A stretch of DNA of 51,472 nucleotides, the filler included, from Sphacelaria rigidula (taxonomy: Eukaryota): assembly GCA_964200075.2 (NCBI GenBank). It is 4 parts of 4 records of this genome, joined end to end, with 100 filler letters (N's around TTAATTAATTAA, not from the genome) between each part and the next. Parts side by side here need not be neighbours in the genome. Positions count along the whole stretch, not along the records: positions 25,789 to 38,580 come from CAXNAA020003414.1; positions 38,681 to 51,472 come from CAXNAA020003415.1; 2 more parts are not named here. One strand, given 5' to 3'. The position numbers and the translations under genes were made by a program. Every line of letters starts with the position of its first letter. Within the stretch, counting starts at the first letter, position 1. The notes beneath the pieces were generated by a model. It searched no databases, was not told the origin of the DNA, and saw only the letters and a list, made by a program, of their open reading frames with translations. Positions 36,355 to 48,045 of the stretch are shown piece by piece.

Positions 36355-38514
36355 CGTCGAGCTTGCGAGTTTGCGAGCTTATCACAAATTATCCGATGAT
36401 GCTCTTCCTACCCTTCCCATCGTTCCTAGAACAATGTCATCCTGTGGACCTCCCTTGTTCATGCTGTCGGGGGATGAACACTGTGGCGCTAGTTCTGGAC
36501 GCAAAGGGAATTGTTGGGTCTACGTGGCGAAATCTGGTCAGTCCGCCTGCCAGTTTATGTCAAGCGTAGGGGAGCTTACAACTTCAGTACTGATATCAAA
36601 GTACAGTCATGTGGATTCATATGCTTCCCCTTCCTTGCACCCAGTTTGCTCTTCTTGCTCCAATTCCCACCACATGCTGGGAACATGAAAGGATCCAAAA
36701 AGATACCCACAGCACTGTACAGGGAGACGCTGTGGGGGGACAAGAAACTGGCTCTTTTTAATAATCATTTTAGAATGTTCACCCAGATCTGCAACCGACG
36801 CGTCAAAGATTCAAAGACTCCTAGATAAATCAGGGGCGCACATGAGTAATGTCTCTCTTCTGATGGAAAACAGGGTTTTGCTGAAGTGTAACCAGCAGCA
36901 TATCATACTCTCACTCAACCATACTGCAAGGAATAATCCAAATCATCCATTGCTCGATGACCCAACTTGGAGTATTGGAATATGACCAGGGTCGAGTAGG
37001 TAAAAATAACATCATGCCGAAAACGGAGCAATTATCTTCTGCCGCGAACGCGGGCTGCTCGCCAGGTGCTGGTGTGTACAACACTGGTGAGGTGTACATG
37101 AGATGAGGTCTAGCAATGGCCGTAGGCCCGGAAAATACTCGCGTGGTGGAGAGACGAACAGAGGGAAATCATGGCTTGTACTCTGTGCATTTGCGGTGAG
37201 TGAAGTGTTCTGGGAACACAGACGGATGGCATCAGTTCTGCGGCTGGATCTGTTCTCAGACCCACCACCTATCAACAGCGACCTTATTCACGATGAGTGC
37301 GCGTACGGGAGCAAAGCATCGTCGATTCTTCGTCCAGAAGACTGTGTCAGTCGTATTTGTGCTGAACGAGTTATATTCAAACAGCAGAACAAGTTGGTCG
37401 CGCACGCAGTTATTGCGTGAACTATGCACATCAGTTACCACAAACACTAAACTCACTATATCCAGTACAATACAGGTGGGACACTCGAACCACCTGCCGT
37501 TTACAGCTGAGGACAGTTTGCCAGTGCAGTCCCATCGCACCTGCTTGCTGTTTTTGTTGTGGACACTTGTTTCCGAGGGGTACTGCCACCCGGTGCAGAT
37601 GTAGGCCCCAGGCTGTGGCGAGGAAGGGGTAGAGGAGGAGAGGGAAGGGAGGTACGTAATCCAAGGTTGTGTACCGAGGGGCGGGGCTACTACACTTGTT
37701 CTATGTGTTTGAGCTACCGGCAGTGCGTACGGTACCGCACAACCTCAGACCGCGAGGAAGGTCGTGCATCTGGATCATGGATACTGTTTCAAGCGGATTG
37801 ATGTCTATTGAACAGATGACCCACCGTCACCTTCTGAGGGTTAACGTATAGGAACATGGATTCTTGGCAGGTAGCGACTTCTGTACAGTAGGGATATTCA
37901 CATCGCAGGTCTTCTGTATCGTACCTCTCCCGTGTGGACTGAGGTCGGTACATTCTGTACTGTCTGTGCTGTACTCTTGCACCTGTCCTGGGATGAAAAC
38001 CGATGAATGGCCTGCCTGGCTAAGTAGAAGGCGGAGAGTTTGCAGGAAGGGGGTAATGAGCGGAATCACATACAGGTATCGCATCCCGCACGATTGTGTT
38101 CTTGCCCTTTCTGCTCGGTTATACTGCTCACCTTTCCTGTTGGTGTTTTTTTTTCCTTGCACAAACAGCATTTCTCAAGGTATCGCATTCCGAATGGTCG
38201 GGCTCTTGTTCCTCCTGTTCCGTTGTTATTCAAATATCTTCATGTTGATAGTTTTCTTCCGTGCGCGACATTTGTCGAAACATCGAGCGTTTGCCTCATT
38301 CGGCCGCTCCTTCATGACAAGCAAAAGAAAACGCCTGAAGAAGTTTTTTTTGGTCTTTTTTTGTCGTTTAACGCCCTGAAAGAGAGCTAAGCGGAATTTG
38401 ACACCTGGGATATCACTTGTTCCACTCGTCGAGACGGTTCCAGAACATCTCCGCGTTTTCGGGTGGCCGTAGTTTTTATTTTGGCCAACCAAGCATGTTC
38501 GTCCAGAGACAGTA

Positions 38515-38580
38515 CGAGCTGGGCCAGCCTAAAAACGGATTTAAGCTCGAAAAGCAATATCTCATCGACACAGACGAGTT
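38515..38580. mobile_element. Terminus of a TA-flanked element (same family as 46121-46779), truncated by the contig end
   Basis: TA|CGAGCTGGGCCAGCCTAAAAACGGATTTAAGCTC... is nearly the reverse complement of 46712-46779. Confidence 0.75.
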
Positions 38581-38680
38581 NNNNNNNNNNNNNNNNNNNN
38601 NNNNNNNNNNNNNNNNNNNNNNNNTTAATTAATTAANNNNNNNNNNNNNNNNNNNNNNNNNNNNNNNNNNNNNNNNNNNN
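38581..38680. other. Artificial contig-joining spacer
   Basis: Same 100-bp N/TTAATTAATTAA/N pattern. Confidence 0.98.
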
Positions 38681-39345
38681 AAAAAATTATCTTTAATAAT
38701 TATATTTTTTGCAAAAATTCTGTGGGGGGGGGGGGGGGGGGGGGGGTTGGCTTCGTATCCGAAGCTTTTCTCGACATACCCTTGGCTCAAGTGCTTATTA
38801 AATAAGGTCTTGGAAATTTTGAGACCCTTCAAGTTCTTAACTGCCAAGTCCTGAATGAAGCTGTGGCGCTACATGCGGTGTTATTATCAGCAACGTCCGC
38901 CCCTTCCATACTACAACTACTACTACTAGTCGTACTGTGCACGTGAAAGAACATCACAAAATATCGAATTTAGTGACGTCTCTTACCATGTCATCATCAT
39001 GATGATGATCTCATCGGCGGCAGGTGAGGGTTCGATTCGAGAATCCTCACCTAGTTCCTTACTAAAATATTACTTGATACCACAACACCAGTTGCCACGG
39101 ATGCACCTTCAAATCATTATCATTACTGTATTGCAGCATGTTGCATGTATTTTAGTCACCACCTAGCACCAGAACATGCATGCAGACGGAAATACTTGAG
39201 TTAGACTAAAATTGTAATGCATGCATGCGTGAACATGAAGAATGGTGAAAAAATCCCTCCGCGATACTACAGTAATATAATAAGCTGAAAATCGTGTGTT
39301 CTACAAACTTCAGCTTCGAAGCCTGTACACATATATATGGTGTCG

Positions 39346-39790
39346 GTCGCCCCGGTGGCTCAGTTGGTATAACTTCGAAACCTTATATTATCACGGTTGG
39401 CTCGTGGGTCAGACTCTTCTTGGAGCGATGTGGAATTTATTCTCACACAATGCCCAGCAAACAGTGAAGGGCGACCATGCCGTGGTTATCCAAAATTCGA
39501 CTCAATTGTCGACAAGGGAAAGGGATCGCTGGACTCCTCTCGCGATCAAAGATAAAGGCGCGGGCATCACAGGAAAAAGTCCGAAAACTAAAACAGATAC
39601 TACTACTACTACTACTAAAGGGGTAGACTGGCGCCCAGAATAAATGGGACGACAACACTCACACTACTGTATACTGTAAAATAGGAAAACGCCTGTGTTT
39701 GTCTTCCTCCTGTATGACCGCGGCTAGTGTGCCCACATATACCTGGAAGAGGTGTAGCCCGGCGTCCAGAATAATAAGTGAGATGACAAT
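39346..39790 (+). mobile_element. tRNA-derived SINE family 1 copy plus an extra tail copy (39685-39790)
   Basis: Head GCCCCGGTGGCTCAGTTGG (A box). The body is colinear with 43629-44095 (ggagcgatgt..aat..ttctcac, aacagtg.ag.gc.ac.atg.cgtgg.ta..caaaattcgact, gtcgac.ag.gaaaggga, ctctcgcgat). Tail ccagaataaatgggacgacaacac. Confidence 0.75.
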
Positions 39791-42700
39791 ATAGTATAGA
39801 CATTCATGTTTCATGTTGCTCAGTTTTTCGGTTGGTGGTCTTCGGGCCTTCAGTCTGGCCCGTAGTCTGACCCTATATGCCCATTTCTACTTGACCTTGC
39901 GCGTCAAATTGGAAAGTCGGGCGCCACCCACTGAAGTCCGAATGGCCACCTCCGACACCGGATCCTTTGAGGTTGATAGCCATATCTGATCTATTTCTCC
40001 TTGATCATTTATTCCTGTTCAGGTTCTGGGTCCATGTTTCTATGTTTGATATCATCACACCTTATTATAGGTAGCTAGCCTGTGACCGCGAAAGGCGTCC
40101 ACATCGGACCCCCAGTACGGATGTACCACGTAGACATTATCGGAACGATTTTTAATGTGAAGACAACCACAACAGGTGCATCTTTATCGAATCATGTACG
40201 CCCCAAGAGCAAATTGCATCCTCCTGTCCTTGGCTGGCGGTACGGAGGTACTAGCAACGTACTTGCTGCATGGGCAAAAATCTGTCCTCCCTCAGAATGC
40301 GCTCGTATTACTGTAAATACTATTCGCTCTTGAGTTTGAATCATACGAGTATTTTAACAACCAGTAATTTTTAATTTTGACGGGGGAAAAAACGGCTTCA
40401 TCGTCGTCGTGGCCTCGAGCGAAATATTATACAAGAGATTTTCGCGTCCCCTTGATAACCGCAACTAATTTGCAGTGGGAGTCAAGCCCCACCGTCCCTG
40501 TATTTTTTCAGCAGCAGGTTCGTATGAGATGACGCTTTCTTAAAACAGCGCAAATATTCCAGACATGTCTCTGCTAGTGACCCTCAATCGCGGACGGAGG
40601 TCGGGTTCCCCAAAGTATCCAACGGGACGGGATCCATGATTGTAACCTAGTGTGACTTTGAAAAATGCGGAAATGATCATTAAGCTTTCTTTTGTAATCG
40701 AGCGATCTCTGTTTATCTTACAGGCAGTACTGGGGAAAGACCCGAAAGTGTAAGAACTCCCACGGAGAATAGGACATCTGAAGCAAACCACGGGTACTCC
40801 ACGGTAGTGCATCATCCCAGACGAATCCTGTGCGGTTTTCAAGCTTCATCTCTCAATTCGAGTTGCTCAAAATCGAGCATCATCTTTTTCGCGCGGCTCA
40901 TCCGCCGGTCAAAGCTTGAGCCTCTGCACGGGTTGTTGCCTATATTCATTTTGATACATCTCTCGGAATACATCGGAGTATCGTGTCATGGCTGCCCGGC
41001 CAAAAATGGGCGATACAGTATTAAAGGGAAGGTGTGGGGGTGTCAACCTAGCAAGCAAGGGCTGTTTAATCCGGCGGCGGGAAGTGCGTTGTGGCGTGGC
41101 GACGGCGGCGGCGATGATGGATTTCGGAAATAAGTGGGACGGTCTTGCGTTTTCGGGGCGAAAAAGAGGACGGAGACGAAATGCTAGGCTTCGGCCTTTG
41201 AGCCCGTTAGGAGCTATGGCTCTCGTTTTGATATTATTAGCAGGTACGTCTTTTGTATTGGGTGTACCGGCCTAAGTTAAGCTGTGAAGTAATAACGCGA
41301 TATTGTCATGAGTGGGTTCGTTTGAGTACATGAGAAGAGGGACGCGCGAGAGTGTGTGGTGTGTGTGTGTGTGGTATTTGTGGTGTGTCTAAACAGATAT
41401 TGAAATGTATTCGGAGGGCTCATTTTCCCTTGTGGAAAGTGGAACAGCTCACGTGTGCAGAGAGCCTCAATAAAAAGAAGGATGCTGCAAGTGGCGGTTT
41501 TATGCTGACAGACTACACGACAGGACCGCACGTACAGACGACATTACCAGGGCGGAGTCTGAAACGGTTTGCTCGTGTTGATTCACGTCCTCTTCTCAGA
41601 TACTATCTAGTGTATCTCTGTGCGCTTGTACGGGATCTTGCCATAAAACCCGACGGTAACCGTATCCCGGTTGTGTCCACACGCCTGCACTCATGTTGTG
41701 GGCCTTCTGCGTGGTTTTGGCGCCGAAGGTGCAGTCAACAGCTGATTCCACACAAAGAACAAGTAGGTCATAGCATAGAGAGGAAGGCGTTGCTCTTTGT
41801 GAAAAATATACTACCCTTTCGGTATCCACACAGCATGAAGCAGATGTCACCTGATCACAGCACGTAATGGAATCGCTAACCAACATGTGCGTGCGTTGTT
41901 TCCATTAGGATGGTGCATGTTTGCTGGGTTTTTTGAGCGGGTTGAGATGTCACTCGTAGGTCCCATGCTCGCCTTTTTTTTTCCCCCCGAGAGTGTTTTT
42001 TGTAATGTACCTGGGTGCATTGCATACGATATGTCCATCAGTTTATTTTCATTCTTGCTCTTGCACAGGATTGGTTGTAATCTGCGCGCACATCTTACCA
42101 CCCTCTGTATCTCACGTATGGGTCCTGGCGGGGTTCAAAAACCTCCCGACTCCAAACTCGAGCTCTTGATGTCTCGTCTTGTCAACTTTTTGGCTGTCAC
42201 CGAATTAATTCCGCTCTCAAGAACCCGATTTATTGACCACTATCAAACGACGTGGCGGACACTCCAAGAAGGACGATATATCCAGAAGCACCCAGCGTTT
42301 CCCCCAGCCTCTTGAACAGACTACAGTATAACATGAAATATAACCACCGCCAGCATCTACCACAGTACAGTACCCATATGTTGTCATTGATGCGTATCTG
42401 GTGCAGACCGACTTCCTTCTGGGCTGCGACCTACCCACTCGTGGTGCTTTCCAGCCGTTATGCGGACATATATTTTCCCTTCACAGTCTACGTCTGTCCA
42501 CATGCCGTCACCTTGTGTGTGCATACAAGGAACGAATCTCTGCCCCCATCTGTTGAGGCCTTGCTTGTTCGCTCATTCGGTCGGTGAGAGAGGTGACTCT
42601 TATTTGCGGTGGCAACGGGTTTGCGAGGAGAGGCAGCGTTTGATTTCTATGGGTACGGTATGCACGCTTTATCCTCAGAAGTTGTGCAGCTCTCTGCGGT

Positions 42701-43628
42701 TGCTGGTGCTCTCTTCGCAATTCCGTGAATAATTTTTGGGTTCCACCCTTCAGTCGGTACAGCCGAGTGCGGTGGCGGGCTAACCCTATACCAGGATACT
42801 ACAAATGAACTAATACTCACCTGTGTGCGGGAAGGGCGGTCGAACTGTTTCATCGTGACGCTTTTGGAATTGTCGAATCGTCTGTGGGACGATTCCGCAC
42901 GGAGAGATGGGGAGACGGACCCTTTTATTTTCTCTTTCCAACCCAGTGCAGCACATATGACAGCATGGATCAGTCGCCGCCCTGTCCGGTAACCCCAATT
43001 TTTGCCGTTCCGGTGTCAATCGCCTAGGGAGCCGATCAACCAACCAACTGAAACTGAATGCAACCCTGTTAATGAGTGTCAACCAGGTCCCTTTCTCACC
43101 GTACTTTCTGTAGTGCGTAGCTGCAATCATCTTGAAGTGAAAGTGTGAAAATGCCACAAACCTCTCACAGTTGATACGTTGAAGCATACTTGATTGTATT
43201 GTTTGGACGCTGGAGCATCGATGAACAAGTACGAGCTCAGCAGTGTAGGTACGACTCTTGCGTTGCCGTGATCTGTTCGTTGAGGCCCGAGAAACATTCG
43301 ATCACTTTTTCCATCGCAGAATAGGTTCTGTCGTGACTTGCCCCCAACTTGTTCTCACGTGCTACGGTGTGCCCTACCCCCTTCTCTTGCACTACAAATA
43401 GTACCTCTGGTACGGCACTGGGTGTCGAACGCCCCTTTTTAGCAACCTCACTTCGTGGTTGGTGAGCGCTCGTGGCAGAGACAATAACTGCTTCAGTTGT
43501 GATTCGGCGGGATGCAGTCGGCGTTAGTCGTCGTCGCTGGAGCCACAATTCGTTCGTGTCACCGAAATATTATTGCTGTCGCCCTGCAGCAGCTCACAGA
43601 CAGATGCGCGATATTTCTTGGTAAACGT

Positions 43629-44095
43629 GTTACCCCGGTGGCTCAGTTGGTAACCTCGTAACCTTCTGACGGCTGAGGAAAGGGGTTCGATTCCCGGAGC
43701 GATGTAAAATATTTTCTCACCTCATACCTAACAGTGGAGAGCAACTATGTCGTGGGTACACAAAATTCGACTTGACCCGTAGACCCCGAGATTAGTCTTT
43801 CTGGATCATGCATACTTTTTGTTACTTGAAATTGATGCCGATTCAACAGAAGACTAACCTCGCGGTCTAAGAGTTTTAACGGTCGACGAGAGAAAGGGAC
43901 TGCTGAAACTCTCTCGCGATAAAAAATAAAAAGGCAAACACCTCAGAGGGAAGGAGGGGTATTAAAAACAAGTGAAAAAGAAAAAAGCTTCTGTGTTGAC
44001 CTTCCTCCTTTGCGACCCCGGCTGATGCGCCCACATATACCGAAAGGTGTAGACTGGTGCCCGGAATAAATGGGATGACAACACACACACACACA
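43629..44095 (+). mobile_element. tRNA-derived SINE family 1, apparently full length, interrupted by a 100-bp insertion
   Basis: A box TGGCTCAGTTGG (~43639) and B box GGTTCGATTCCC (43684-43695), followed by a conserved body and a 3' tail ending in (CA)n. Confidence 0.8.
43776..43875. mobile_element. piggyBac-like mini-element nested in the SINE at a TTAA site
   Basis: TTGA|CCCGTAGACCCCGAG...CTCGCGGTCTAAGAGTT|TTAA. The corresponding site in the copy at ~45950 (reverse strand) reads ACTTAACGGTCGAC. Confidence 0.6.
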
Positions 44096-44505
44096 AAATC
44101 GTTGCTTCTCCCCGGCAAGATCATCTCTGTTCGAGTTGATGCAAAAGTATGGTGTCCAGGAGGGTTACACTTGAGTTATCCCGAATGCGCACAGCTCGTC
44201 CACGTGCAGGGTGAGGATGAAGTGCAAGAGGATCGAAACGAAGCGGGTGATGAGATCACGGTGTCATGAGGGAGAAGGTTGATGAAGCCGTGGTGAATGT
44301 TGTGCGAGAAACTCGACACTGGAACTCGTGATTGTGCGGATTTTGTGTCTGGAAATGAAGAACAGCTTGTGTACTGCGACCGACTTGAGGCTTGTTGTCT
44401 CCTCAATGGAAAGGAAGATGTTTTCACTTTTGAAAAATAAGAGGCACGCAATGTCGTAACCACACAAGAACTACAGGTGACATCAATGAAGAAATCACCA
44501 GTCAA

Positions 44506-44748
44506 CCCCTTCGACCGCGGTGCGGGTGGTCCATCTGGATCATGCACCCTTGTTTCAATAGAACGTTTATGCCGACTTAGCAGGTAACCTACCCTTGGGG
44601 TCAAGAAAGCGAGGCTTAGATTTTACAATTTTACAATTTTAGCCCTTTGACCGCGAGGGCAGGGTCGGTCGCCTGCTGAGTAGGCACCAATTTTACTTGG
44701 AAAAGGTATGTGTGGTCCAGATGGACTACCGGCATCATGGTCTTGGAG
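44506..44748. mobile_element. Two more copies of the piggyBac-like mini-element (44506-44608; 44643-44748 inverted)
   Basis: Shared core tctgga.ca..ca...tt...tgcc.act.agcagg..acc...cct.g.ggtcaa. CCC-starting ends sit next to TTAA-like tetramers (TCAA, TTAG/TTCA). Confidence 0.55.
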
Positions 44749-44766
44749 TTCAGAAATTGATACTGA

Positions 44767-45569
44767 GGGCGTGTCTTACTAATAGCACTTTTATTTTCGA
44801 ACGAAAAAGCGAGCGATGAAATTGAGTCAAGTGAAAAATTCTCGTTTTGATGCAGTTGGGTCCGCATGGATTTTCAAGCTTTCGATCGAAAAAAAACAGT
44901 GAAACTCGTGAAACGGTACATGGTCTGTACTGTTTGCATTGCTTGCAAGGAGGGTGTCTTGAGTGCGTGTGTGGGTGCTCGGTGCAGGAGAACATAGAGG
45001 GGAAGCGGACAATGTGCAGTGCAGACCGCCTAACACTATCAGTTCTGTCTGCTTACAATGCGACTTGGAAATAACTTCAGCAACGTTCAGCTTTGTACTG
45101 CCTCCATTGTCCATGAGCGTGCAAGCAACTCGGTTGTCCACCGTGCCGCACGCAGTTCCGTCCCTGATGACTATCATGAGAGAAGATGCGCAAGTTTTCG
45201 CCAACAAAAAATAAACAAAGCACTACCCAACTACTTTCTTGTATCTATCCCTGTACTCAACTCGTGCTCTATGCTGCGGAGTTGCGGTGGTAGCTGAGCA
45301 TGATTTGGATGGAGTTTGTATGGTCCTGTGAACGGGTGTTTTTAGTCGTGGTCTGTAATATAAGAGTCAAGTGCCGCTTCGTGCCTTTGGACTGTATGCT
45401 TTCGATCGAAAAAAAATGTTTTCTCACTTGTTGCATTCTTCTCCGCGCGCCGCTAATTATAATTTTGAGTTGAAGCCTTCGAGGAACATGAATGCGGTGG
45501 ACCTACCAGATGGGCAAAAAAAACGATCGCACTTTTTCGATCGGAAAAAAAAGGTGCTAAGACACGCCC
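44767..45569. mobile_element. PIF/Harbinger-like non-autonomous element (803 bp, 3-bp TSD TGA)
   Basis: TGA|GGGCGTGTCTTA...GCACTTTTATTTTCGAACGAAAAAG ... CTTTTTCGATCGGAAAAAAAAGGTGCTAAGACACGCCC|TGA. Subterminal TTCGATCGAAAAAAAA motifs are repeated inside. Confidence 0.7.
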
Positions 45570-45746
45570 TGATAACTTTTGCTCAGATCAAGGCTAAGAT
45601 AAGGATGATAAATTTAGAGATGCAAGGGGCTCAACTAACAAGAAATCTGTCATCGACACAGCAAGCCTCGGGAAATGAGAAATTTATCCCAGACCCATCA
45701 GCTTTTTTTATTCCTCGATGCTTTGTCTTCAAAGTACGCGGGGGGG

Positions 45747-45953
45747 GTTGTCATCCCATTTATTCTGGACGTCGGTTTACATCTTTCGGTATACTCGGGC
45801 GGACCAGCCGGGGTCACGCAGGAGGAAGGCCAACACAGGAGTTTTTTTTTTCAGTTCTTCACCTTCTGTTTGCGGTATCGTCATCGTAAATTACGATGGT
45901 TGAAATCATGACTTATCAGATCAGCGGTACGTGTCCCTCGTCGACCGTTAAGT
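45747..45953 (-). mobile_element. SINE family 1 partial copy, minus strand
   Basis: gttgtcatcccatttattctggacgtc...cagccggggtcacgcaggaggaaggccaacacaggag...ctcgtcgaccgttaag is the reverse complement of the SINE tail and body. Confidence 0.7.
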
Positions 45954-46120
45954 AGGATTTTGTATCGTATCATATAGAAAAAATTGGAAACACTTTTTTG
46001 TCACTTCTCAGAGAGAAATAATCTCAGACCGCAGTAGTTCAGATATAAAAAGAAAAAACGCTCTATCGACAAAACTGAAAAAACGTAAAGCGCATTTGAC
46101 AGAGAAATAATTTTTCGTTA

Positions 46121-46779
46121 CAAGCTGTGCCGGCCTAGATGCGGATTTGAAGTTTGCAGGCCCATGCTCTTTTATACATTTGGAGTTGGGCCCTGACATT
46201 TGGTATGGGCAATGCATAGGGCATGAAGGAAAATTACTTCGGTACCAAAATATATATTTTTCTCGAGTTGGGGGCGTTTTACTGATACCTGAAAACCGAC
46301 TATTGCCCTTAACTCATGAAAAAGTAGAAAATAAACTTTTGGTACCAAAGTAATTTTTTTTCATTCCCTATGCACTGTTCATACCGAATTTCAGGGTCCA
46401 ACTCTAAATGTATAAAAGAGTATGGGCCTATCAAAAACCGGGTCGGTAGAAATTCGGAACAGTATTTCGCAGGCCACTCACCGCCCCACGCTTGGTTTTC
46501 GTGTATTGAAATTTGGTATGGGCGCTCTCTGAGGCATATTCAGCAAAAAAGAGTGGGTCAGGTTGATTTTTTTCACTGGTTTAGGGCGTTCTACTATGGT
46601 ACAGACCATTTTTTCACGAAAACGCCCTAACCTCCATCAAAAAAAAAAATGGGAGGCCCATTTATTTGTTGTATTCGGATCACGATTAATACGATATGCG
46701 GATCACGGCCCAATTCGTCTGCGTCGATGAGATGTATTGCTTTTAGAGCTTAAATCCGTTTTTAGGCTGGCCCAGCTCG
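46121..46779. mobile_element. Tc1/mariner-type non-autonomous element (659 bp, TA TSD) with an internal ~270-bp palindrome
   Basis: TA|CAAGCTGTGCCGGCCTAGATGCGGATTTG ... AAATCCGTTTTTAGGCTGGCCCAGCTCG|TA. Palindrome 46157-46428 (aggcccatgctcttttatacattt ... aaatgtataaaagagtatgggcct). Confidence 0.75.
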
Positions 46780-47719
46780 TACACTCTGATTGTGAGATAT
46801 TTGCACCGTGAAATGACAAGAAGACATTTTCCGAAACTCTCAATATATGTATGATACAACAGTATGACTTCACCCCGGTGTGATTGTAGAACTCTACTAA
46901 TTTACATGTACTACATAGAGTACAGTACACAGCAATACAGTACACTACTACTTTACTGTCCTACATTTGTTTTACTCGAGGCCTCCTGCAGATCATCTGT
47001 CGAAGCAACACTGCAACAAAACGAAATGCCTTGCTACCCTGTAGTACCGCATCCGTGTGCGGAGAAAGACGTTTGCTTCATTTTCCACAAATCCGGGGAA
47101 AATATGAAATTGGCCTTTTAGAAATTCATCATGGCACGCGTGCGGAAAGGAAGAAACTGGCTTTCAGAAATATGCTCGGCTCAGCGATAAGAATAAGAAA
47201 TGAGCCTCGCCGCAAATTGGAGTTTCTCTAGCAATGTTGCCACCTGTAGACCAAGATGGACGGTTTATGCAGTGAGGATACATTACTCTGTCAGGGTATT
47301 ATTCGGATACATCACTCTGTCGTGGGTGTATGAACACTGTAGCCGCAGCGTCCACGTTCTTCTCCAGCTCTCGTATGCTCCCCCCCCCCGCCCCCCCCGA
47401 GGAAGCATCGGCCTTTCTTGCATGCATTTATGCATTTCGATCGAAATGTTGAGCTGATGCGGTGGGTCGCTCAAATAGTCAGTCCTGCATGCGTCGGAGA
47501 GAAAAACCGATATAGTATGCAGACCTGATCAGTCTTACGCGTGCTCCGATCTTTTAGAGCTCTGCAAGGGTGATGAGGATGGTGCGTCGGCGCCGCCCCT
47601 CTGGTGTGTTTCACCATGGGAGGGAGGGGTGCGGGCAGCGCGCCTGACTCGTTCGTCAACGTTGCAATTTGCCCGCGTCATACAACTGTACTCTTCCTCA
47701 AGAATGCCTCGAGAGAGGC

Positions 47720-48045
47720 GACCTGACGAACTGTACATGAACAATGGTTGGTACTACGGAGATGCCGCCACTTCTAACGCTAACCCTTACCCTAACCCCG
47801 ACCGAGGCACACCGGGAACCCGCGGGCAAGGGGGCGCTGGGTCTCCCCTCGGCAAAGTGTGCGTTTCCAGAGCTCAAATCGACGCCTCTGAGCCGATTTT
47901 GGACGAAAACACGTTCTGGACGAGCTGGGTCTACTGCTCACCACTGCTCCCCTGCCCCAGACCATGAATTTTCTGAGAACTTTGTTCGGTCTGAAATTAA
48001 GTAAAATCGAGTACCAACCATTGTTTACGTTCAGTTCGTGAGGTC
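47720..48045. mobile_element. TIR element (~36-bp TIRs) with internal telomere-like CCCTAA units
   Basis: GACCTGACGAACTGTACATGAACAATGGTTGGTACT ... AGTACCAACCATTGTTTACGTTCAGTTCGTGAGGTC; ctaacgctaacccttaccctaaccc at ~47774-47798. Confidence 0.7.

Noticed and set aside
40540..43548. 100-170 aa ORFs and isolated splice-like sites in contig 4 (including YTFGSFPSTAC, faintly like a giant-virus VLTF2 motif, and a strong donor at ~42820)
   Set aside because: No recognisable domain and no phase-consistent exon chain. Key Cys residues are missing from the virus-like motif. TBLASTN would be needed.
43629..43700. Possible tRNA gene (good A and B boxes)
   Set aside because: No convincing cloverleaf or anticodon arm, and it continues into a repeated body and tail, so it is a SINE head.
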